DNA from: a virus
Reading direction: 5' to 3' (one strand)
Length of the DNA: 64,000 nucleotides
IMG/VR virus record: IMGVR_UViG_3300017729_000001
Location: 1-64,000 of that record
In this document: positions 28,636 through 37,136 of the stretch, piece by piece
How the letters are laid out: every line of letters begins with the position of its first letter
Position numbering within the stretch: position 1 is the first letter of the stretch
Made by a program: the position numbers and the translations under genes
The notes under the pieces: model-generated
Database searches by the model: none
The model's input: only the letters and a program-made list of their open reading frames with translations
What the model was told of the DNA's origin: nothing

Positions 28636-29466
28636 CTAACTTTGTATTTCATGAATTAAACCTCTTTTGAAAAAACCAAAGAACTCATCTTTGCCTCCTT
28701 TAGAAATCGTGCCTGAAAATATCAGGGTGGTTTCTTCTTTTAGTGCTTCCAATTCTGTATTCACTCCGACCTTGCCCCAACACTTCCATCCGTCAACATG
28801 CTTCAGTAAAAGTGCGGTGTACTCACCCCATTCTGTTACTTTAGGCTTGGCACTAATTAAGGTCATCTCAACTTTCTTCAACCTACCCTCAACAACTGGC
28901 TTAGCATCCTTATTCTCTGCCTTTCGCTTTTCAGCCCACTCCTTTGCTTGGACATCTAGCTTAATGGCTAGAGCCACTTGCTTTTCGCTCAGACTTCCGT
29001 ATTGTCTCAACTTGCTTTTTAAGTCCTTACTGATATTATGTTCGCACTCTAATGCTTCTTCAAGACCAGCATTATCAGCATAAAACTTTTTCATCGCAAG
29101 TTCCTTGGCTAACTTTTTACGCTTGGCCATCGACACTTCTTTCATTCGGTCAACTTTCTCGCTACTGAAGTTTGCTAAATCATTACCACATTCACTTCCT
29201 AGAACATGGATAGAGCCATTTTCGTGTTGAGCAACTACGATATATCTGATATGGGTGTTACAGGCATTACATTGCGTCTTATAATGTACCATCTCAATCA
29301 TCTTCTGATAAACATCATCCTCAACTTTTATCTCCAAGTCAACTTCTGCTTCCCAATCGCATATACTACCATCGAAATCTAGCACTGGTGTTCTGTATCC
29401 GTACCCAACGACAGCGAACTCACTCGCCATCATTCGGTCATTTCCTATGTATTCAAAATTTTCCAT
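28636..29466 (-). CDS. Hypothetical protein with Zn-binding CxxC...GxxC and possible OB-like C-terminus
   Basis: CNACNTHIRY...LGSECG; YGSLSEKQ motif. Confidence 0.6.
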   Translation of the reverse strand: MENFEYIGNDRMMASEFAVVGYGYRTPVLDFDGSICDWEAEVDLEIKVEDDVYQKMIEMVHYKTQCNACNTHIRYIVVAQHENGSIHVLGSECGNDLANFSSEKVDRMKEVSMAKRKKLAKELAMKKFYADNAGLEEALECEHNISKDLKSKLRQYGSLSEKQVALAIKLDVQAKEWAEKRKAENKDAKPVVEGRLKKVEMTLISAKPKVTEWGEYTALLLKHVDGWKCWGKVGVNTELEALKEETTLIFSGTISKGGKDEFFGFFKRGLIHEIQS

Positions 29467-29474
29467 CTTTAAAA

Positions 29475-30266
29475 TTATTTATTTGGGTTCATGATAGCAT
29501 CAGTCAACTCTGGCTGAAACTCGTTACATATTTCTATCATTCTAACATCATCTATCATCTCAGGTGTGATAGGTGCTAACTGCTTTTTCCAAGACTTATT
29601 GAATGCCTCTCTTCCCATCGTCACCCCTCGCTTTTCAACTCGCTTTCCGACCTCGTATGTCGTTGTCCCATTTCCTGTGCTTACGCCACCAATATTATTA
29701 TTGTAGTGGTCAGTCACGCAGTTAGAATCGAATGAACATCTGAATGTTAAATCGTGGTTCATTCTATATGTGACTGTCGTTCCCTCTAGTGCTTTGAAGT
29801 GTCGATAACCTCCAGCCGTTTCATAACAGTCCGCATCACCATCTTCGTAATCAGCAGTCAGTTTTCCTGTCCCAATGAATTGGTCATCGGCATGTTTAGT
29901 GTTTAGGAACATGACTCCATTTTGCTCATAGGTTATTTTGTTAGTTGTTGATAGGTGCTTAACAAATCTGATACGTTCGCATATCTCAGCAACTTCCTTA
30001 ACAGCATTAAACAAAAAGTTGACGTTGATGTCTCCATCATCCTCATTTGGGTTGTAGCAGTTTCTGATAATGTTACTTACAGCACCCCAAACGTCACCAT
30101 CATAAGAACTAAAAAATTGAAAATCTTCATTCTTGTTTTTGATAGCCCCAGCAATGTAGCCTTTCACATTATCCACACTTGGATAAAATAATTGCTTGTG
30201 TAATTTACGACCACCTGTGCTACTGGTCTTGTTCGTTTCGTGATTGTATGTGATATTCTTTTCCAT
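29475..30266 (-). CDS. Hypothetical protein
   Basis: 263-aa ORF with TTAAAGATGGAA start context. Confidence 0.6.
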   Translation of the reverse strand: MEKNITYNHETNKTSSTGGRKLHKQLFYPSVDNVKGYIAGAIKNKNEDFQFFSSYDGDVWGAVSNIIRNCYNPNEDDGDINVNFLFNAVKEVAEICERIRFVKHLSTTNKITYEQNGVMFLNTKHADDQFIGTGKLTADYEDGDADCYETAGGYRHFKALEGTTVTYRMNHDLTFRCSFDSNCVTDHYNNNIGGVSTGNGTTTYEVGKRVEKRGVTMGREAFNKSWKKQLAPITPEMIDDVRMIEICNEFQPELTDAIMNPNK

Positions 30267-30286
30267 CTTTAATAAATTTACAGTTT

Positions 30287-30318
30287 AAAAAAAGAGTGAG
30301 GGCATTACACCCCCACTC
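30287..30318 (-). terminator. Rho-independent terminator
   Basis: GAGTGGGGGT-GTAA-TGCCCTCACTC followed by T run. Confidence 0.7.
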
Positions 30319-30326
30319 GCTCATTC

Positions 30327-30611
30327 TTATGCCTCAGCGTCAACTACGTGATACACTTTCTTAATATCTCTCTTCAGCTGAACAACTTTGTGCTCTCGCT
30401 TATATAAGGTGATGAAATCTTTACAGTTCTGAATATCTCTAAATCGAATCGCATCCCCTTTATACTCGTCAGACTTCATATCACTAGGCTTGATGTTTCT
30501 CCATATTAGGTTGAAGAATACTTTGACCTGTGGATAGTAATAACTAGCCTTTTGACCGCATGAGTTAGTTCTTTCGTTTCTTACCTCTTTAATTCTAAAT
30601 ACATTTTTCAT
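30327..30611 (-). CDS. Hypothetical early protein
   Basis: Single gene between repeated promoter and terminator. Confidence 0.6.
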   Translation of the reverse strand: MKNVFRIKEVRNERTNSCGQKASYYYPQVKVFFNLIWRNIKPSDMKSDEYKGDAIRFRDIQNCKDFITLYKREHKVVQLKRDIKKVYHVVDAEA

Positions 30612-30638
30612 AATCGTGACTTTTAAATTTTTGTTATA

Positions 30639-30683
30639 TAATTAATTCTGATATAAAGATACTGTAAATTTACATAACGACAA
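30639..30683 (-). promoter_or_regulatory. Repeated early promoter copy 3 (TTG-N19-TATCTTTA) with TGTAAATTTACA palindrome
   Basis: 35/40 identical to copies 1 and 2. Confidence 0.72.
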
Positions 30684-30705
30684 TGAGTTTTGTAAAGTTT
30701 TTTAC

Positions 30706-30733
30706 AAAAAAAGTGCCCTCACTTGGAGAGCAC
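30706..30733 (-). terminator. Rho-independent terminator
   Basis: GTGCTCTC-CAAGT-GAGGGCAC followed by T7. Confidence 0.7.
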
Positions 30734-30777
30734 CCTTACAAATACTGGAAACTAAATTTAACAAAAAAATGGGCAAA

Positions 30778-31161
30778 TTACCATTTAACCTTATCTGCCC
30801 AATAAGCAGCACTCATTTTTCCTCTGGCTATATTCTTACCATGTCTGGCTTTAAACGATGCCCTTTTCTTTTTCATTTTTTCACTTTCACCCTTTTTTGG
30901 GTCACCAGCAGTTGATGCGCCTTGCTCACCGAATCTTATTGTTTTGACTTTATCACCCTCTTTTGCTACGACCACATGAGACTTTGTCGGATGACTTGGT
31001 GTTCTTTTTGGCTTATTAAACCCCTCTACACCTGCTCTTGTCAATCTTGGGTCTTTCTCTTTAGCTTTTTTTAACTCCATAGAGCCACCCTCAATTCCTT
31101 TAAATATATTATCAATTCTTTGTGCTTTATCAGCATGTATTTGTTTTCTCCACTCTTCCAT
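30778..31161 (-). CDS. Small basic conserved viral protein with N-terminal leader
   Basis: K.IRFGEQG...KRASFKARH...SAAYWA..VKW pattern (DUF5754/DUF6321-like, from memory); leader shared with the 949-aa protein. Confidence 0.7.
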   Translation of the reverse strand: MEEWRKQIHADKAQRIDNIFKGIEGGSMELKKAKEKDPRLTRAGVEGFNKPKRTPSHPTKSHVVVAKEGDKVKTIRFGEQGASTAGDPKKGESEKMKKKRASFKARHGKNIARGKMSAAYWADKVKW

Positions 31162-31321
31162 TTTTATCTCTTTTTAAATATTCTTGCCAAACTCTTTCTC
31201 TATCACTCTTACTCATTTGGCTGTATCCATCATTTACGAATGAAGCAAATTGTATTGCCTCCCTTTTTATTTGAATCGTATGAAGCAACTCTAATGCGTA
31301 AACAACATCTTTTTCAGCCAT
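31130..31321 (-). CDS. Hypothetical protein
   Basis: Tiling ORF. Confidence 0.45.
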   Translation of the reverse strand: MAEKDVVYALELLHTIQIKREAIQFASFVNDGYSQMSKSDRERVWQEYLKRDKNGRVEKTNTC

Positions 31322-31338
31322 GATAATATAATAGTTGA

Positions 31339-32454
31339 TTAATTGCGTTTTTTATTCGCATTTGCTGTGTCGGCATCTATATTTGACTTGGTATTTTTCA
31401 TTGCCTGTTTCTTCGCCTTTAATTTAGCAATCATTTTTTCCTTAGCACTCATAGCTTTCTCCACATCCTTTTCATTTTGCTCTTCTTCAACAACCACGGC
31501 ATCCTGAACTTCCATATCACGCTGTACCTGATACTTCTTAATTTTTTCAAAATTGTAATTCATCTGACTTGGAAATGTCGTTTCACCATCATCGTCATTT
31601 TCATCAAAGTCACCTAACACATTGCTGAACTTCGCATAAAATGATTGATTGAGTGAATAGATTAACTTGATAGGGTTGATGTTCATCCTAGCTGATACCC
31701 TACCCAAGATAATTTCTTTCAAGTTCAATGTCCTGAAAACTTCATCCCTCAAGTGCGCTTGAATTGATGCTTCATAATTTACATCTACCTTACCATCAAT
31801 GGTCAATCGGTCACCCTCTGCCTCTTTACGAATCTGCTCCAGAGTTGTTAGCAATAGCTTATAATCTTCACGTGACTTACTGTCCTCATACTTTTCTTTT
31901 TGCTTACTGTACAGCCAGACCAGTTCTTCCAATCTACTTCTTTTTACACCAAGCCTGATATCTGAGTATGATGCCTTGAATTTTTCAATCCGTGTATCAA
32001 TGTCGTTCGCATATTCTTTTCTGAAGTTGATGATAGATTGCTTCTTCATCGGCAACCCCCAGTCCACGTTGACTACCTTGAGCACCTCATCCACTGTAAA
32101 CATCCTCCCAAAATACTCTATCAATTCCTCACGCTTGTTATCTAGCATGCCTGAACCTTTCTTCTGCCGACCTTGCTTGTGCCCAAATGCTACCCTTTTT
32201 AAAGCAGTAGCCTTATTGTTTATTTTATAGTACAGGTCTTTTTTCTTCATTACACTTGACTGTTCTTCTACAGACAAATGCTCAATTTTCTTTTGTAAGA
32301 CATGCGGAAATGACGCCAAGTTTATCTCCTTACCATCGGACAACTCAAGCATCTTCTTTGTTGTTAATATAGGGTGTTTAGATAGTTTCACCCATTTCTG
32401 ATACGCCACTTTATCCTTTACTCCATCTGGTACAATTTCTGAGTTCTTTTCCAT
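31339..32454 (-). CDS. Putative terminase small subunit (DUF2280-like core)
   Basis: HTH-like region then IRLGVKRSRLEEL...LLTTLEQIRKEAEG, resembling DUF2280. Confidence 0.5.
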   Translation of the reverse strand: MEKNSEIVPDGVKDKVAYQKWVKLSKHPILTTKKMLELSDGKEINLASFPHVLQKKIEHLSVEEQSSVMKKKDLYYKINNKATALKRVAFGHKQGRQKKGSGMLDNKREELIEYFGRMFTVDEVLKVVNVDWGLPMKKQSIINFRKEYANDIDTRIEKFKASYSDIRLGVKRSRLEELVWLYSKQKEKYEDSKSREDYKLLLTTLEQIRKEAEGDRLTIDGKVDVNYEASIQAHLRDEVFRTLNLKEIILGRVSARMNINPIKLIYSLNQSFYAKFSNVLGDFDENDDDGETTFPSQMNYNFEKIKKYQVQRDMEVQDAVVVEEEQNEKDVEKAMSAKEKMIAKLKAKKQAMKNTKSNIDADTANANKKRN

Positions 32455-32572
32455 ATTTTAAATTTTGTCTTTTTACATATACAAGTTCTCTTCATATAAT
32501 ACTTGTATGTTAGCATTTAGACTTGTAAAGTATATGGTTCAATGTATTTGTTTTAGCACACTTTTCTATATG

Positions 32573-32830
32573 CTACAACTTGTCGAATCTTATTTCAACA
32601 GAATACTGACTGCCTAGTTCTTTCAATCTCTCTCTTTCTATTCCTTCCAAAAAGCCTTCATTGATGATTAGACCTTCACCTGATGGATCACTTCTCATAT
32701 CCTCTTCATCGTTGCTGAATACTTGAAAGAAATATCCTGGTTTGAATCCTGGTACTGTATCATATCCATAACTTACGTCAACATTGTCTCCTGTGTTTGG
32801 ATTAATTCCTATGGTAGTTATTCTGCTCAT
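32573..32830 (-). CDS. Hypothetical protein
   Basis: YGYD...YFFQVF motif; tiling ORF. Confidence 0.55.
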   Translation of the reverse strand: MSRITTIGINPNTGDNVDVSYGYDTVPGFKPGYFFQVFSNDEEDMRSDPSGEGLIINEGFLEGIERERLKELGSQYSVEIRFDKL

Positions 32831-33402
32831 TTCTTGCTATTTTCTAGTACGTCACTAACTTGTGTTATTGTCTTTCTTATACATGTCTCAGCCAGTTTCA
32901 GAATCGCTTCAACATCTTCTAGCTTAAACCCTGCTATGTACTCTTTCATCACTCCTACCACTTCTATCGTCCATACATCATCCCTCTTCCAAGTTACCCT
33001 AGCAATATCATGTTTATCATTAAAAGGTATCTTGTAAATATGCTTCTTATCATCCCAAACCCATCTTAGTTTAGGTGAGTCAAATACTACTAATGATTTG
33101 TAAAGTTCATCCTTCATTTCTTCATTCACTGACTCTATATGAAACGTGACCTTATTTTTCAAATCAACTATTTGCTCTGGCGTTAAATTATATTCAAACC
33201 ACCTCTTTAAAAACACCCTCTTGTCTCTCAAATTTACGAATAGTTCAGTTTCGTTTTTATCTTCTAGCCTTATGACTCTCATGTCAGCTAATGTTAAATG
33301 TTGACCTATCATTTCGGTTTTTAACACTGCTTCAGTTTGTACAGTGACCATCCTTTTAAACTCATCTGTTGCGTTCTCCACGCATTCTTTTATACTATCC
33401 AT
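32827..33402 (-). CDS. Hypothetical protein
   Basis: Tiling ORF. Confidence 0.55.
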   Translation of the reverse strand: MDSIKECVENATDEFKRMVTVQTEAVLKTEMIGQHLTLADMRVIRLEDKNETELFVNLRDKRVFLKRWFEYNLTPEQIVDLKNKVTFHIESVNEEMKDELYKSLVVFDSPKLRWVWDDKKHIYKIPFNDKHDIARVTWKRDDVWTIEVVGVMKEYIAGFKLEDVEAILKLAETCIRKTITQVSDVLENSKK

Positions 33403-33414
33403 ATCATTTATTTT

Positions 33415-33723
33415 TTAACTCTCAGGCTCAGCAAATATTGGAATAAACCATGAGGCAAAATTCTCCATAACCCATAAAGGTACTGCTGGTGTTATTCCTA
33501 GTTGAATAATTCCTGTCTCATCGTCATAGTTCTGTATTGACCAATACGAATCTGCTAGAAATATCTCCTCAATTTTTATTCTTGTTGTATCCTTATAGTT
33601 ATTAACTATGCGTAAACTGAAAGGTGCTACGCCAGAGAAATGATCATCCACTTCCTCTTGCCTACCTTCACCGAACATTGTAAATATTCCTTTTATTTTT
33701 ACTCCCTCATCAACCATTTCCAT
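33415..33723 (-). CDS. Hypothetical protein
   Basis: Tiling ORF. Confidence 0.55.
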   Translation of the reverse strand: MEMVDEGVKIKGIFTMFGEGRQEEVDDHFSGVAPFSLRIVNNYKDTTRIKIEEIFLADSYWSIQNYDDETGIIQLGITPAVPLWVMENFASWFIPIFAEPES

Positions 33724-33735
33724 AATTTCTTTATT

Positions 33736-34197
33736 TTAGAACCACCACTCAGGGGCAGGTCTGTTACCCCAATCTGCTAAGTGACGTTTATCAATCATAT
33801 AATAGTTGCGATAGGCTTCAATAGCATCGGATGATTTGAATTCATCTGGCATTGCCTGAGCGAATGGAGTCATTTCGCTATCCTTAAATACAGGCACATT
33901 TTGAAGACACCATAGGATGACATCCTTGGTCTTATGCTTTTTATGAAATCGGTGCTCGAACTCTCTACACAGTTGTAAGCCTAACTTACACAGCCACATG
34001 TAATTACTTTTAGATTGTCGAGCCCATACACCGCAAGGATGATTATGGTGCGTCTTTTTGTAAGGTGCTTCGCCACCTAGTTCCCAATGAGCAGTACAAA
34101 GTAATTGTGCTGACTCTAAAATCATTTTAACCACGTGTTTATTATTGTGGTACTGAGCGCATTTCTTAATGTCGCTATCTAATACAAATATATTCAT
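33736..34197 (-). CDS. Pyrimidine-dimer DNA glycosylase / endonuclease V-like protein
   Basis: MNIFVLD, KHVVKMILESAQLL, HHNHPC..W, FAQAMP, AYRNYY motifs. Confidence 0.75.
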   Translation of the reverse strand: MNIFVLDSDIKKCAQYHNNKHVVKMILESAQLLCTAHWELGGEAPYKKTHHNHPCGVWARQSKSNYMWLCKLGLQLCREFEHRFHKKHKTKDVILWCLQNVPVFKDSEMTPFAQAMPDEFKSSDAIEAYRNYYMIDKRHLADWGNRPAPEWWF

Positions 34198-34201
34198 GAT
34201 A

Positions 34202-34232
34202 CAAAATTAACTCGTTTACATTTCTTTACAAA
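34202..34232 (-). promoter_or_regulatory. Bacteroidota-type promoter TTTG-N19-TAATTTTG
   Basis: Exact consensus match just upstream of the glycosylase start; two TGTAAA half-sites in or next to the spacer. Confidence 0.65.
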
Positions 34233-34241
34233 GTAACTTTG

Positions 34242-34523
34242 TTAATCTTTTTGCTTTGACTTATGACTCATGTAAATTTTACATAGGTCATTTATAATGC
34301 TTAACTTGGAACAAAGCTGGCCATCTCCTTTAATAGTGAGAGTGACTAAATTTACAGATTTTTCAGCAATTCTTTCCACCTCAAAATAATCATCACTGAC
34401 TTGATTAAAATCGTATCCATACTTCAGGCTCATTTTTTCTTTAGCCTTATGAATGATTATTCCCTCATCGTCAGTTCTTACTTCATCGTGAAAAACTCCT
34501 ATTTGAAAAATCTTGTCCGTCAT
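34242..34523 (-). CDS. Hypothetical protein
   Basis: Tiling ORF. Confidence 0.5.
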   Translation of the reverse strand: MTDKIFQIGVFHDEVRTDDEGIIIHKAKEKMSLKYGYDFNQVSDDYFEVERIAEKSVNLVTLTIKGDGQLCSKLSIINDLCKIYMSHKSKQKD

Positions 34524-34993
34524 ACTACACCATTTAAAATTAAGTTATGTTTTCTTGCTTGTCCAGCTAAATAATCAGCACGTTCATTATGAACTACACC
34601 TGAATGTCCTTTCACTTTTACAAACTTTACTCTCAACAACTTTGAGTGATACAAATATAACATTTCTTTCCAAAGGTCAGAATTTTTAACTTCATCCCAA
34701 TCCATTTCCTGCCATCTTATGTACCATCTTTCAATAAAACAATTAACTACATAAGCACTATCTGAATAGACCTCTATTTTGATATTTGGGTGCGAATGAG
34801 TTACATAGTTCAACCCTTTAATAACTGCTAGCATCTCCATTCTATTTGAAGTGGTTTCTTTTTCAAAACCTAAGTCTTCAAATATCACTTTGTCATTCTT
34901 GATTAGAACAAACCCCCAACCTCCAAAACCTTTAGTTGCATTGCTTGGATTATTGTTACAAGAACCATCTGTCCATATTTGGTATTTATCCAT
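34520..34993 (-). CDS. rnhA: Ribonuclease HI
   Basis: WTDGS, TSNRMEM, YSDSAYV, KNSDLW, KVKGHSG...NERAD motifs. Confidence 0.93.
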   Translation of the reverse strand: MDKYQIWTDGSCNNNPSNATKGFGGWGFVLIKNDKVIFEDLGFEKETTSNRMEMLAVIKGLNYVTHSHPNIKIEVYSDSAYVVNCFIERWYIRWQEMDWDEVKNSDLWKEMLYLYHSKLLRVKFVKVKGHSGVVHNERADYLAGQARKHNLILNGVV

Positions 34994-35004
34994 ATTAATT
35001 TTTT

Positions 35005-35031
35005 AAAAATGGGAGGTGCTTGCCTCCCATT
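35005..35031 (-). terminator. Rho-independent terminator
   Basis: ATGGGAGG-CAAGCA-CCTCCCAT followed by T run. Confidence 0.75.
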
Positions 35032-35063
35032 CTTGTGTTGAAGTTCATCGAAAAAATGACAAC

Positions 35064-35330
35064 TTATTTACCAAACACTTCAACAGTTTCATGTTCTGCT
35101 TTAAATACTCCACCATGCTCATGTAGTGGCTTTTGCAAAACAAGTAATTCTTTATATGTCCTGAGCACTCCTGAGCTATTCGGCACTGCCTCAATCAACT
35201 CCTTATTATTAACTTTGAGTGTGTAGTAAGTCATTTGTCCTAGCAATAATATCTCTGGTTTTATTTTCTTCTTTTTTAAAGCCTTTATTTGCTTTTCAAT
35301 TTCCGCATCTATGTTCTTTGCGCTTTTCAT
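35064..35330 (-). CDS. Hypothetical protein
   Basis: Tiling ORF. Confidence 0.5.
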   Translation of the reverse strand: MKSAKNIDAEIEKQIKALKKKKIKPEILLLGQMTYYTLKVNNKELIEAVPNSSGVLRTYKELLVLQKPLHEHGGVFKAEHETVEVFGK

Positions 35331-36823
35331 AATTCTTCAAATTTCAAAATTTCCTTCACTTCTTCAGTTGCTGTATCGTAATCATTCAAGTATATTAACT
35401 TTGACTTTGCCCTAGTTATAGCAACATATCTTAAATTTTCTTCTTGTTTTAGTTCCCAATCTTGTACGGCAAATTTACTGGGTATCAATTCAGGACAAAG
35501 TATATGTACTGTCTCATTTTCTAACCCTTTTGATTTATGGATAGTTGATAAACAAACCCCCACATTGTCTCCATCCTTAAAAATAGCCTTGATTCTGTCT
35601 TTTAAGTCTTTTGTGTACGTCAATCCATTACTTAGAATATTAATGATGTCAATCTTATTCTTTAGCATGTCAATCCTATCGGTGTTGTCTGGATTTTTTA
35701 CTCCCAAATTTACCAATCTCCTACGTTCCCCATTCAAGTTTCCTTTTAGTTTTACTTTCATGGACTTGATATTGGCTGTAGCAGTCTTATTTACCATCGA
35801 AATCAGATTCAATCCTATATCTGCCCCTCTTACGAATGACTTCACATTATTCGCTAGTAAATACATATTCAATATTATCAATGGCTTAACATTTCTACAC
35901 AATACCCAATCACCCTCTTTTATGTCTTCGATGAATCCTGTTCTAACTTCCCCATCATCATTTTCTGAGTATGCTTCAATCTGGTCGTTAATTAGTTGTG
36001 CTTCAAATACTATTCTTTTTCCACACCTATAATTTACTGACAAAGGCAATTCTATGGTCTTAGAATGTAGGTGCTTTAAGTTCATATAACTATCTACGTC
36101 AGCACCAGCAAAACCATATATTGCTTGATTTGGGTCACCAACTGCTATCATCCGACCTCTTCTGGTCTTAATTCTCTTGATAATCATCTGCTGAATCTTA
36201 GACAAATCTTGACTCTCATCTACAAAAACTGAATCGAATTTACTAACTGATACATCATCTTTGATAACCCTATAAATCATATCAGTGAAATCAAAATTCC
36301 TAGTGTCATTATTCATACCTCTTAGAATCTTATCCAACCTTTTACAGTCCTCTTCATCTATTAGAAATGAATGCTTTTCAGCTAGTTCTATGACCTCATC
36401 AGTTTCCTCTATATAGTTTTGCCTCATGAGGTCAAGAATCTTAGAATATGTGAAAAAATAATAGTTCAATTTTTTCTCCTTGATTCCATCAGCCATACAA
36501 ACTCTTTTTATAAAAGGCATTGACTTATTAGGCTTCAGGTCGCACTTATACTTATAATGAGTCATTAAAGCCTTCCAACAAAATGAATGCATGGTTGTTA
36601 TATTGACTCCATCCCTTTTTACTCTACTTCTAAGTTCATCAACTATACCATTATTAAACGCCACAAAAATAGATGTATTGCTAAGTGGCAATCTATTAAG
36701 ACACTCTATCAAAGTTGTAGTTTTACCTGAACCTGCCACCGCAGAAATAACTACGTTTGATGACCCATTTTCTACTTCTTGATATATGTCTTTTTGGTAT
36801 TTTGAATAATTCAAATTATTCAT
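35327..36823 (-). CDS. UvrD/Rep-like SF1 helicase (start moved to MNNLNY)
   Basis: AVAGSGKTT, VDESQD, VGDPNQAIYGFAGA, NYRC, TIHKSKGLE, YVAITRAK motifs. Confidence 0.92.
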   Translation of the reverse strand: MNNLNYSKYQKDIYQEVENGSSNVVISAVAGSGKTTTLIECLNRLPLSNTSIFVAFNNGIVDELRSRVKRDGVNITTMHSFCWKALMTHYKYKCDLKPNKSMPFIKRVCMADGIKEKKLNYYFFTYSKILDLMRQNYIEETDEVIELAEKHSFLIDEEDCKRLDKILRGMNNDTRNFDFTDMIYRVIKDDVSVSKFDSVFVDESQDLSKIQQMIIKRIKTRRGRMIAVGDPNQAIYGFAGADVDSYMNLKHLHSKTIELPLSVNYRCGKRIVFEAQLINDQIEAYSENDDGEVRTGFIEDIKEGDWVLCRNVKPLIILNMYLLANNVKSFVRGADIGLNLISMVNKTATANIKSMKVKLKGNLNGERRRLVNLGVKNPDNTDRIDMLKNKIDIINILSNGLTYTKDLKDRIKAIFKDGDNVGVCLSTIHKSKGLENETVHILCPELIPSKFAVQDWELKQEENLRYVAITRAKSKLIYLNDYDTATEEVKEILKFEEL

Positions 36824-37136
36824 AGTATCTCCAAGTATGGTTGTCCGAAAACTTGTACATTGAATCTTTCTCTTTGCTGTACTTAGCCTCAAATCTCGTC
36901 AAGAAATCGAATTTATTTGCGGTTGAAAATACATCACCTAGAATGAACGCAGTTATATCAACCCCACTAAATGTTAAATATGGTAAAGCTGAAACTGAAC
37001 CTCCCACTGGTGGCTCAAACATTGAAACTTTAAACCATACTGATTCTCCATTAACCATCACCTCAAGTATCTGTTGTGAGTTTTCCGTCAAACAATGAAT
37101 TGCTTCCTTTTTTAATCTATATGTCCCCATTATCAA
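36816..37136 (-). CDS. Hypothetical protein
   Basis: Tiling ORF. Confidence 0.5.
   Translation of the reverse strand: MIMGTYRLKKEAIHCLTENSQQILEVMVNGESVWFKVSMFEPPVGGSVSALPYLTFSGVDITAFILGDVFSTANKFDFLTRFEAKYSKEKDSMYKFSDNHTWRYYE

Noticed and set aside
16029-30678. 40-bp repeats as a CRISPR array or att sites
   Set aside because: Copies are kilobases apart, sit at promoter positions, and no cas or integrase gene is visible
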